Origin: an uncultured Acidobacteriota bacterium
GTDB lineage: Bacteria; Acidobacteriota; Thermoanaerobaculia; Multivoradales; SZUA-115
DNA: 64,000 nucleotides
Direction: 5' to 3'
Assembly (NCBI GenBank): GCA_963805975.1
Contig: CAWDVR010000005.1
Location: forward strand, 256,001 to 320,000
How positions within the stretch are numbered: the stretch's first letter is position 1; each line of letters begins with the position of its first letter. The position numbers were made by a program, and so were the translations under genes. Below the pieces are notes generated by a model. It was not told the DNA's origin. It did no database searches and was given only the letters and a program-made list of their open reading frames with translations. Of the stretch, positions 29,385 to 41,183 are shown piece after piece.

Positions 29385-30899
29385 TCAGGACAAATGTGCA
29401 GTCGGCGGCGTTGTAGTGACAGCCGCGGCGCGCGGATCTTGCTCCAGGGGCCCGGGACGGGGGGAACGGCGCCGCTCGAGCAGCCGCCCGCCGCGGATCA
29501 GCCACGCCCAGGCCGCCACCGCCAGGTCGAATCCCAGCCAGCGGGCGATCCGCCGCTGCCGGTTGTAGCGCGCCAGCGCCTCGGCATAGGGCAGGGTGGT
29601 GTGGGCGATCAAGGTGTAGATCGGCACCCAGCGCCGCGGGAAGAAGCGGGCCAGGAGGCCTTCGCAGCCTTTCCTCGCGATCACGTGCGGGTCGCGGATC
29701 TTGTCGCGCAGCTCGACGAAGTTGTGGATCGAGAGCGCCGCGAGCGCGTCCGTGTTGCGCTTCCTGGCGCTCTCGTAGGCGGCGAAGGCGGCGCCGCGGT
29801 CCTGGTGGTGCCGGTCGAGGGAGTCGGCGAGCGCCGCGCAGTCCTCGAAGCCGGCGATCATCCCCTGGCCGAAGAACGGCACCACGGTGTGGCAGGCGTC
29901 GCCCACCAGCACCACCCGCTGCCCGTCGTGCCAGGGCGAGGTCTGGACGGTGGCAAAGGTCGAGGTCGGATGGCGCTCGAAATCGCGCTCCAGGGTGGGG
30001 AGAAGCGGCACCACGTCCGGGAAGCGGGCGGCGAAGAGCGCCCGCACGGCCTCGTCGGTCGAGAGCGCGGCGAAGCTCGGCCGCGCGCCCTCCCGCCACG
30101 GTGCCGTGCTCGGCGAGGAGCCGTTCGCCGCCGCCCGGGCGGGCCCCTCCGCGGGCATCGTGCAGATGCAGTTGAACGAGCCGTCCCGGTTGGGAAGCGC
30201 CATCAGCATGCAGTCGCCGCGCGGCCAGACGTGGAGCGCGTGCGGCTCCATGCGGTAGGAGCCGCCGTTCGCGGCCGGGATCTTCAGCTCCTTGTAGTCC
30301 CAGGACAGGAACTTCTGCTGATAGTCGGCGCGCTTGCCGCGGTGGAGCGCCTGGCGCACGGCCGAGAACGAGCCGTCGGCGCCGATCACCAGATCGCTCT
30401 TGGTGGTCACCGAGCGCTGGGTGTCGAGGTCGCGGAAGAAGACCGTGCCGGACTCGGGGTCGAGACGCAGGAACGACTTGCGGAAGTGGAAGCGGATGTT
30501 GCTCCGCCCCTCGGCGGCGGTCATCAGGGCGCTGTTGAGGTCGTTGCGCGCGATGGCGTGCAGGATCTCCTCGCCCGAGCGGCCGTAGGGGAAGAAGCGC
30601 CGGCTGCCGTCCAGGCCGTGGACGATGCGGCCCCGGACCGGCACGGTGAGCGGCATCACGGCCGGCAGCAGGTCCGCCCGCTCGAGCACCGCGAGGCCGC
30701 GCCGCGAGAGCGTCATGTTGAGCGAGCGGCTGGGGCCGACGAACCCCTTGCGGATGTCGCCCCGCAGCTCGTACACGTCGACCTCGAAGCCGCGCCGCGC
30801 GAGCTCGATCGCGGTCAGGCTGCCGCTCATGCCGGCGCCCACCACACACACCAGATTGCCGTTGCCGGAAGTCATGCCCTCGTCGATCCGTTCTCTCAT
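29385..30899 (-). CDS. Kynurenine 3-monooxygenase-like FAD monooxygenase
   Basis: VGAGMSG, RSLNMTLSRRG, GADGSFSAVR, YKELKIP, ALHVWPRG, GDACHTVVPFFGQGM.AGFEDC. Confidence 0.88.
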   Translation of the reverse strand: MRERIDEGMTSGNGNLVCVVGAGMSGSLTAIELARRGFEVDVYELRGDIRKGFVGPSRSLNMTLSRRGLAVLERADLLPAVMPLTVPVRGRIVHGLDGSRRFFPYGRSGEEILHAIARNDLNSALMTAAEGRSNIRFHFRKSFLRLDPESGTVFFRDLDTQRSVTTKSDLVIGADGSFSAVRQALHRGKRADYQQKFLSWDYKELKIPAANGGSYRMEPHALHVWPRGDCMLMALPNRDGSFNCICTMPAEGPARAAANGSSPSTAPWREGARPSFAALSTDEAVRALFAARFPDVVPLLPTLERDFERHPTSTFATVQTSPWHDGQRVVLVGDACHTVVPFFGQGMIAGFEDCAALADSLDRHHQDRGAAFAAYESARKRNTDALAALSIHNFVELRDKIRDPHVIARKGCEGLLARFFPRRWVPIYTLIAHTTLPYAEALARYNRQRRIARWLGFDLAVAAWAWLIRGGRLLERRRSPRPGPLEQDPRAAAVTTTPPTAHLS

Positions 30900-30949
30900 T
30901 CCATCCAGCGTTCCATCTAAGAGATGCGCTTCCTGAGCTCGCCAGCCGT

Positions 30950-34633
<3,684 letters not shown>

Positions 34634-34792
34634 GAGACAGACGGGCGGGAAGAGCCGACCCCGATCAGCGGCCCTGGCTCAGGATAGCGGGGTGCGTTGC
34701 TGGAGAATTCTCCGGTGCTCTGTCGATCACGCGCTAAAAGTGCGGTCGGAGGAGGGAAGTGAGACAGGGGGGCCTGGGAAGTACTGGAGAAT

Positions 34793-35989
34793 TCAGCGCC
34801 CCAGCCAGTGCTCGACCGGGCGGGAGAGGAAGTCCTCCACCGCGATGCCGTCGCCGCCTACGAGGAGCTTCCGGTGAGGCTTGTATGCCTCCGCGAAAGC
34901 CGCGAGCCCGGGCTGTACGTCCCGTGACCGGCTGCTCTTGACCTCGATCGCGATGAGCATCCGACCCTTCTCGACCACGAAATCCACTTCCCGGTTGCGG
35001 TCGCGCCAGTAGTAGACCTCGCAAGTGCCAGCGGCGGCGGCATTGGCCAAGTGGGCGCCCACCGCCGACTCCACCAGCCGCCCCCAGAGCTCGTGGTCCT
35101 TGCGGGCTTGCTGGAGCGTGAGCCCTAGAGGCGAGGTCATCAGTGCCGTATTGAGCACCTGGAGTTTGGGGCTCGAGGCGCGCCGGCGCACAGTCTCGCC
35201 GGCGTACTTGGCCAGCCCGGTGAGCATTCCCGCCGCGGCCAGAAGGTCCAGGTAGTGCGCGAGGGTGGTCGCGTTGCCGGCGTCCTGGAGCTGGCCAAGC
35301 ATCTTGGTGAAGGAGAGAATCTGTCCTGAGTAGCTCGCCCCGAGCTGGAACAACCGGCGCAGGAGGGCCGGCTTGTCGACCCGCGACAGCAGCAAGACAT
35401 CGCGGGAGATCGTGGTTTCGACGAGGGAGTCCAGCACGTAGCGCGCCCAGCGCTTGGGCTCGCGGATCAGGGGCGCGGCGCCCGGATAGCCGCCGAAGAA
35501 GAGGTACTGATCGAGTGACCAGCCGAAGGCCTCCCGCATCTCGATCAGCGACCAGTGCGGCAGGTAGAGCACCTCGAAGCGCCCGGCTAGACTCTCCGAG
35601 AACCCCTGCTGGAGAAGGAGCGGCGCAGACCCGAGCACGATTACCTTGAGGCGCCGGCCGGCTCGGGTGTCCTCGTCCCACAACCGTTTGACGGGCTCGG
35701 ACCAGCCGGGGATCTTCTGCACCTCGTCGAGGACGAGCACGGCCCCCTGTCGGCCCGCCTCCTGCGCTTCGAGGCGGGCCGCCTCCCACTGCTGCTCGAG
35801 CCAGGCCGACCCGCGAAGCGCGGGTTCGTCGGCACTGGCAAGGCGCGTAGGAAGGCCCGAAGCGCTGGTAACCTGTTGCACGAGAGTGGTCTTGCCGACC
35901 TGGCGAGGGCCGGCCACCGCCACGATGAACCGGCGGGGCTCCTTGAGGCGGCGGGCCAGGATGGCGCCCTGGGGGCGAGAGAAGGGCAT
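34793..35989 (-). CDS. AAA_14 ATPase with DUF4143 / PD-(D/E)XK-like C-terminus
   Basis: GPRQVGKTT, LDEVQ, ESLAGRF, FGGYP, YYWR..EVDFV..IAIEVKS. Confidence 0.9.
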   Translation of the reverse strand: MPFSRPQGAILARRLKEPRRFIVAVAGPRQVGKTTLVQQVTSASGLPTRLASADEPALRGSAWLEQQWEAARLEAQEAGRQGAVLVLDEVQKIPGWSEPVKRLWDEDTRAGRRLKVIVLGSAPLLLQQGFSESLAGRFEVLYLPHWSLIEMREAFGWSLDQYLFFGGYPGAAPLIREPKRWARYVLDSLVETTISRDVLLLSRVDKPALLRRLFQLGASYSGQILSFTKMLGQLQDAGNATTLAHYLDLLAAAGMLTGLAKYAGETVRRRASSPKLQVLNTALMTSPLGLTLQQARKDHELWGRLVESAVGAHLANAAAAGTCEVYYWRDRNREVDFVVEKGRMLIAIEVKSSRSRDVQPGLAAFAEAYKPHRKLLVGGDGIAVEDFLSRPVEHWLGR

Positions 35990-35996
35990 CGACGGA

Positions 35997-36037
35997 TTAC
36001 TCAGTACGCTGAGTAATTTTACTCAATCCCTTGAGTA
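35997..36037. promoter_or_regulatory. Two tandem palindromic operator-like sites upstream of the AAA gene
   Basis: TTACTCAG-TACG-CTGAGTAA (35997-36016) and TACTCAA-TCCC-TTGAGTA (36020-36037), AT-rich in a GC-rich background. Confidence 0.7.
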
Positions 36038-36232
36038 CTGGCAACCGCCCCTAAGCCGACTCCGGGTCCGGGTGGGGCTCGCCTTCTCTAAGGGGAATGC
36101 GGTTGGCCGCCTTCCATCACCCGGCGCTGGAAGATCCGACCGAACTTTCACCCGTCAGGCCCGTATTTGGTACTCGCCCGGCGGTGGAGCCGGAAACAGG
36201 AGAGTCTCATGCGTTCGCACCAGGAGTGGAAA

Positions 36233-37801
36233 ATGAGGACAGCGGCGATCGTCTTTGCCCTCTCGATTTTTGGGCTGCCCGTGCTCGCGATCGAGGAGCC
36301 CGCCCCGCCGCAGGCCGCGGCGGCCGAAAAGAAGCCCGCGGAGCCCTCCGAGCGCCTCCAGGAGACCACCCACACGCTGCGCCTGGGCAACACCGCGCTC
36401 TCCTACCGCGCCTTGGCCGGCGAGATGGTGATCCGCGACGAGAAGGAGAAGCCGACGGCGAAGATCTTCTACGTCGCCTACCTGAAGAAAGAGGACGGCA
36501 AGGACGCGGCCCAGAGCCTGACGCGCCGGCCCGTCACTTTCGCCTTCAACGGCGGCCCCGGCTCCTCCGCGGTCTGGCTCCACCTCGGCGCCTTCGGCCC
36601 GCGGCGGGTGGTGGTCGACGAGATGGGGCGGCCGGCCGGCCCGCCCTACAGTCTGGAGGACAACCCCGAGAGCCTTCTCGACCTCACCGACCTGGTGTTC
36701 GTGGACCCGGTGTCCACGGGCTTCAGCCGCACCGTGGAAGGCCAAAAAGCCGAGCCCTTCCACGAGGTGCACGGCGACATCGAATCCATGGCGGAGTTCA
36801 TCCGCGTCTTCACCACGCGCCACGGCCGCTGGGCCTCGCCGATCTTCCTCGCCGGCGAGAGCTACGGCACGATCCGGGCCTCGGGGCTCGCGGACTACCT
36901 GCAGCGCCGCTACGGCCTCTACCCGAACGGCGTGGTGCTGCTCTCGCAGGCCCTGAACGAGGCGACCTTCATGGCCCAGCCGGGCAACGACCTCGCCTAC
37001 ATGATGACCCTGCCCTCGTTCGCCGCCACGGCCTGGTACCACGAGAAGCTCGCCTCCGACCTCCAGGGCCTGGGCCTCGAAGCGGTGATCGAGCAGGCCT
37101 CCGCCTTCGCGCTCGGCCCGTACGCGAACGCGCTCCTTCGCGGCGCCTCGCTGCCGGCTGCCGAGCGCGCGGAGATCGTCGGCCAGCTCGCGCGCTTTAC
37201 GGGCCTGCCGGCCGCGGAGATCGAGAAGCGGGACCTGCGGGTGGACCACATGAGCTTCGCCGGCCTGCTGCTCGAAGGCGACCGTCTCGCCGTCGGCCTT
37301 CTCGACAGCCGCTACACCGGCTTCGTCAATGCCCTGCCCAACGAGACCTTCGCGGTGCAGTACCTCTACCCACTCTTCGATCCCTTCCACGCCGACGTCG
37401 CCGGCATGTTCACGGCGACCCTCCACCACTACCTCAAGGAGGAGCTGAAGTTCGCGAGCGAAGAGCGCTACGAGACGCTCGCCATGCCGGTCGCCGCCGG
37501 CTGGGACTACCGCCGGGTGACCAACCGCTACCTCTACGCCGCCGGCAACCTCAAGACCGCGATGACTCTGAACCCCAAGCTCAAGGTATTCGTCGCCAAC
37601 GGCGACTACGACCTGGTGACCACCCACCTCTCGGCCGAGTACGTGATCGATCACCTCGGCCTGGACGCACGCCTGCAGAAGAACATCAAGCTGGTCCACT
37701 ACCCGGCGGGGCACATGATGTACATGCACGCGCCGTCGCTCGAAGCGCTGAAGAAGGATCTCGCGGCGTTCTACCGCGCCGCGGTGCCCTGCGACTGCTG
37801 A
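36233..37801 (+). CDS. Secreted peptidase S10 (serine carboxypeptidase)
   Basis: Signal peptide; FNGGPGSS, DPVSTGFS, GESYG, GDYDL, GHMMY. Confidence 0.93.
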   Translation: MRTAAIVFALSIFGLPVLAIEEPAPPQAAAAEKKPAEPSERLQETTHTLRLGNTALSYRALAGEMVIRDEKEKPTAKIFYVAYLKKEDGKDAAQSLTRRPVTFAFNGGPGSSAVWLHLGAFGPRRVVVDEMGRPAGPPYSLEDNPESLLDLTDLVFVDPVSTGFSRTVEGQKAEPFHEVHGDIESMAEFIRVFTTRHGRWASPIFLAGESYGTIRASGLADYLQRRYGLYPNGVVLLSQALNEATFMAQPGNDLAYMMTLPSFAATAWYHEKLASDLQGLGLEAVIEQASAFALGPYANALLRGASLPAAERAEIVGQLARFTGLPAAEIEKRDLRVDHMSFAGLLLEGDRLAVGLLDSRYTGFVNALPNETFAVQYLYPLFDPFHADVAGMFTATLHHYLKEELKFASEERYETLAMPVAAGWDYRRVTNRYLYAAGNLKTAMTLNPKLKVFVANGDYDLVTTHLSAEYVIDHLGLDARLQKNIKLVHYPAGHMMYMHAPSLEALKKDLAAFYRAAVPCDC

Positions 37802-37882
37802 GGGGCTCGTAGCGGTAGCTCTCCTCCGGATCGAGGGCGCTCGCTACGGCATACGACACCTCCTGAGTTCGGGCTCGCCGGC

Positions 37883-38596
37883 TCACTCCACAATCACGCG
37901 AGCCTTGAAGTCGTAGTCCGAGCCGTGCCAGCTCGAGAAGTCGACGTCGTATCGATAGTCCTCATCCTTCTCGAGACTCGCAGTTGCGGCTTTCTCGTCG
38001 ACCAGGCGATTGTCGCGGTAGAGGGCGATCCTGATCCTGACCGACGTACGGCTGTCGCCGTAATTCTTGACATGTCCCCATGCCCGCACGTCGTCCCCGA
38101 TGATGTAAACGAAAGGGCCATAGTAGGCGCGGACATAGGCGGTAGCGGGCCTGGGCTTCACGGCCTCGTGATCCACCGACGACCGAACCCGTTGGCGATT
38201 CAGCTCCTCAACCGCACTGCCGAGGCCCTTGCGATAGGCCTCCGCGGCGCGGGCTGCTTGCTCTGCGGCGGCAGCGGTCGCCTGACGCTTCTGCTCGGCC
38301 TGAACGAGCTCTAGCTTCAATCGCTGGTTCTCCGCCTCGACGACGGCGCTTTCTGCCTCGGCGATACGGGCCGCCTCAGTCTTCTCACGCTCAATCTGCG
38401 CCTGGAGAGCTTTTTCACGCTGAGCTGCGGCTCTTCGAGCGGCGATCTCGGCATCAACCTGCGCAACTGCCTCTGCCTCGGCTGCACGTTGGCGATCCAG
38501 CAGGTAGACCAGACCTCCGCCGACGAGCACGGCCAAGACCACCAAGGCCGCGACGCTACCCACGACGCTCGACCGGCTGGCGCTGGCTGCGGGCAT
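37883..38596 (-). CDS. Hypothetical membrane-anchored coiled-coil protein with C-terminal beta domain
   Basis: N-terminal TM helix, Ala/Glu-rich coiled coil, beta-rich tail; AGGAG RBS. Confidence 0.75.
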   Translation of the reverse strand: MPAASASRSSVVGSVAALVVLAVLVGGGLVYLLDRQRAAEAEAVAQVDAEIAARRAAAQREKALQAQIEREKTEAARIAEAESAVVEAENQRLKLELVQAEQKRQATAAAAEQAARAAEAYRKGLGSAVEELNRQRVRSSVDHEAVKPRPATAYVRAYYGPFVYIIGDDVRAWGHVKNYGDSRTSVRIRIALYRDNRLVDEKAATASLEKDEDYRYDVDFSSWHGSDYDFKARVIVE

Positions 38597-38618
38597 ACAG
38601 ATCTCCTATGCTCGGAAT

Positions 38619-38640
38619 CTCTTAACAGACTCTTAACAGA
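38619..38640. promoter_or_regulatory. Perfect 11-bp tandem direct repeat (candidate response-regulator box)
   Basis: CTCTTAACAGA CTCTTAACAGA, 23-44 bp upstream of the 38596 start. Confidence 0.55.
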
Positions 38641-38721
38641 GGGAAGTCGGCAAGACAAGTGCGCATTCGGCTCTGAGGCGTCAGGCTGGCGGACGCTTCG
38701 TCGGTGCGGCACCGAGTAGAG

Positions 38722-38798
38722 TGGTGCGCCCTAGTGGATTCGAACCACTGACCTACAGCTCCGGAGGCTGTCGCTCTATCCAGCTGAGCTAAGGGCGC
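38722..38798 (-). tRNA. tRNA-Arg(CCG)
   Basis: GCGCCCTTAGCTCAGCTGGATAGAGC..CT-CCG-GA..GGTTCGAATCC..GGGCGCACCA, 77-nt cloverleaf. Confidence 0.97.
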
Positions 38799-38859
38799 GT
38801 GGAGGACCCAGCGCTTGAGGAGGCTTGCTGTTCCAACCGCCGCCGGCGCGGCTTCAAGT

Positions 38860-38936
38860 TGGCCTGCCTGGAGGGATTCGAACCCCCGACCCGCGGCTTA
38901 GAAGGCCGCTGCTCTATCCAACTGAGCTACAGGCAG
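38860..38936 (-). tRNA. tRNA-Arg(TCT)
   Basis: CTGCCTGTAGCTCAGTTGGATAGAGC..CT-TCT-AA..GGTTCGAATCC..CAGGCAGGCCA. Confidence 0.97.
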
Positions 38937-38982
38937 CGGCTGCGCGATTCCGTGCCACCGACTCGAATGTCGACGGTGGCGT

Positions 38983-39059
38983 TGGTCGGGGCGCCCAGAT
39001 TTGAACTGGGGACCCCCTGCGCCCAAGGCAGGTGCGCTACCAGGCTGCGCCACGCCCCG
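38983..39059 (-). tRNA. tRNA-Pro(TGG)
   Basis: CGGGGCGTGGCGCAGCCTGGTAGCGC..CT-TGG-GC..GTTCAAATC..CGCCCCGACCA. Confidence 0.97.
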
Positions 39060-39115
39060 TCGGAAGACGCGACGATAAGTGTAGGGCAGGCCGAGAGGGG
39101 TGTCAAACCTTCTGT

Positions 39116-39604
39116 CTACTGAACTTCGCCCTTCGTCTTCTGAGCTTCCGGAGTCTGGAAGTAGGCCCGCCGGAACTTCAAAGGCGGGCGGCCGGGGCTG
39201 CCCGCGACCCGCAGAGTGAGGCGGATCTCCCGCGCTTCCGCCAGCAGCCGGGAGGCGAGGTCGTTGAGCGGCACGGCGAGCGTCATGTGGTGGAGAGGGG
39301 CGGCCGGCTTCTCCTGCGGCGACCCCACGGTTCCTGCCACGGCCAGGACCGGCCCAGGCTCCTCGGACCCCTCGTCCGGAGGTCCGAGCACTTCGATCGT
39401 CAGCCCTTCGTCCGAGCCCAGCTCGAGGTCTTCGAGCATCAGGACGGCAGCCGGCGCCGAGGCGTCCCCGGCCGAGCGCGCCACGGCCTGTCTCGAAACC
39501 TCCGGCGGAACCTCGAGCAGCACCGATCTCGTCGCCTCCTGTGCGGCGCAGGTGAGGGCCGCTGCCACCACGGGCCAGACGAGCACTGGGTACGGCCCCC
39601 ACAT
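39116..39604 (-). CDS. Hypothetical exported protein, partner of the tyrosinase
   Basis: Starts 14 bp after the tyrosinase stop; signal-like N-terminus; beta-rich body. Confidence 0.65.
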   Translation of the reverse strand: MWGPYPVLVWPVVAAALTCAAQEATRSVLLEVPPEVSRQAVARSAGDASAPAAVLMLEDLELGSDEGLTIEVLGPPDEGSEEPGPVLAVAGTVGSPQEKPAAPLHHMTLAVPLNDLASRLLAEAREIRLTLRVAGSPGRPPLKFRRAYFQTPEAQKTKGEVQ

Positions 39605-39618
39605 GACGCCAGGATAGC

Positions 39619-40971
39619 TCAGGAGATCAGTTGGATCCCGTCCGCCTCGAGCGGGATCGACGGTGCGGTGGTCCTTCCCGCGGCGTCCAAGGGGGCCACG
39701 TGGAGTAAGACCTCTCCCTTCTTCGCCTCGGCGAGCGGTCCGAGCTTGTCGGTGACGTCGAGGGCGGCGGAGAGCGGGCCCGGATGGTTGTGGCCTTCGC
39801 TCAGCACGCGGCTCACGATCCCCAGGAACCCCGCAGTCTTGGCGCTGTCGACACCGACCTCGGGCTGCCCCACGAAGACGCCGAACTGCACCGTCTCGGG
39901 GGGGAGCTTGTCGAGGTTCTTCAAGTTCTCGATGATCAGGAACTCCGGGCCGGCCGCCTTCATCCGAGTGAGGAGAGGCGCGCCCAGCGTCAGGCGGTTC
40001 GCGGTCTTGGGGACCGAGGCCGCGCGCAGTGAGGCCGGCGCCACGGTGGGTCGCATCAGGGAGGAGTACTGGTAGCCGAGCCTGGCCTCGTCCCGCAGGT
40101 CGTTCACCAGCACGTACCGCCAGACGCGGTTCTCGTCGTAGAAGTACACCTTGAGGTCGCCGAAGTCCGGGTTCGAGTGCCCGGCCGCCACCCAGGAGGT
40201 CCACAGGCGGTCGATGTTGCCGTGGTGGGCGTAGAAGACCGGGTCGCGAGGCGAGTACTGCAGGTTCCCCATGTCACCCGGTGAAAAGGCGTTGTGCACG
40301 TTGGCGTGCGGGCCCGAGTAGGCGGCGGGGGTCGGGGTGCGCTGGACGGCGGTGCCGCCGAAGGTCGAGAAGTTGGGTATGGCGAGCAAAGGCTGGATGT
40401 TTACCTTGTCGTTGGTGAGCGGCCAGCTCGGCCCGCTGAGGTTGCGGTTCTTCCAGTAGAGCGACTGGCCGGGCGGCGCGTAGATGGTGGGCAGGATGCG
40501 GTTCTCGGCCGCGGGGTCCTCCCAGCTCCAGTAGACGAGCCGCAGGTCGTCGTCCTGGGCCAGCTTGCGGAGGATGCGCTCCAGGAAGTACAGCAGGCCG
40601 CGGTGCCAGGGCAGGAAGCTCCAGTCGTAGTGGATGTTGCTCGGGTTGGAGCTCGCGCAGTGGATGCAGTGCTGGGCGATCTGCTTGGTCCAGCTGATGA
40701 CGTCGTTCTCGGGCAGGGCACGCACCAGGCCGAAGGCTTCGCGGAGCTTGGCGAGCTGCGCGGCACGGCTGGGGTCCGCCATCTCCTTCGCCGAGTAGCG
40801 CGTCTGGACCCTGGGCTCGTTGGGGACGAAGCGCTGCGCCGTGCCGGGGTCGGCCAGCGTGCACTCCGGGCCGCCCTGGGCCCAGGAGAAGTCGGTCTCG
40901 AGCCAGAAGTACATGCTGACCGGCCCGACGACCAAGGCCTGCCGGATGAAGCCGCGACGACTGATGGGCAT
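39619..40971 (-). CDS. Tat-exported tyrosinase / polyphenol oxidase with C-terminal extension
   Basis: SRRGFI Tat motif; CuA HCIHC..IHYDWSFLPWHR; CuB PHANVH..RDPVFYAHHGNIDRLW; FYDEN motif. Confidence 0.92.
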   Translation of the reverse strand: MPISRRGFIRQALVVGPVSMYFWLETDFSWAQGGPECTLADPGTAQRFVPNEPRVQTRYSAKEMADPSRAAQLAKLREAFGLVRALPENDVISWTKQIAQHCIHCASSNPSNIHYDWSFLPWHRGLLYFLERILRKLAQDDDLRLVYWSWEDPAAENRILPTIYAPPGQSLYWKNRNLSGPSWPLTNDKVNIQPLLAIPNFSTFGGTAVQRTPTPAAYSGPHANVHNAFSPGDMGNLQYSPRDPVFYAHHGNIDRLWTSWVAAGHSNPDFGDLKVYFYDENRVWRYVLVNDLRDEARLGYQYSSLMRPTVAPASLRAASVPKTANRLTLGAPLLTRMKAAGPEFLIIENLKNLDKLPPETVQFGVFVGQPEVGVDSAKTAGFLGIVSRVLSEGHNHPGPLSAALDVTDKLGPLAEAKKGEVLLHVAPLDAAGRTTAPSIPLEADGIQLIS

Positions 40972-41183
40972 CCGATTTCCCTCCTCGATTAGATGTGCCG
41001 GGGATTATGCGATCTTCCTTTGATATCTCCAATCGCCCTTGCTCAATACGCGATAGCGCTGCAAGGCCTGCTGCGTTCCTGCGTCGCCGAGCGAGGATCT
41101 CTCACGAGAAGAAGAGGAAGGCGAGGTACTGCGGGGAGGAAGAGTCGGGGCGCACGTGGGTGCGCCCCGAGAGCGGAGTCTTC

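Noticed and set aside
34793-38798. Integrated element at tRNA-Arg(CCG) carrying the cluster
   Set aside because: No integrase and no duplicated tRNA 3' end (att site) spotted by eye in the window.
38799-39122. ORFs overlapping the tRNA cluster
   Set aside because: Translations of tRNA genes, not proteins.
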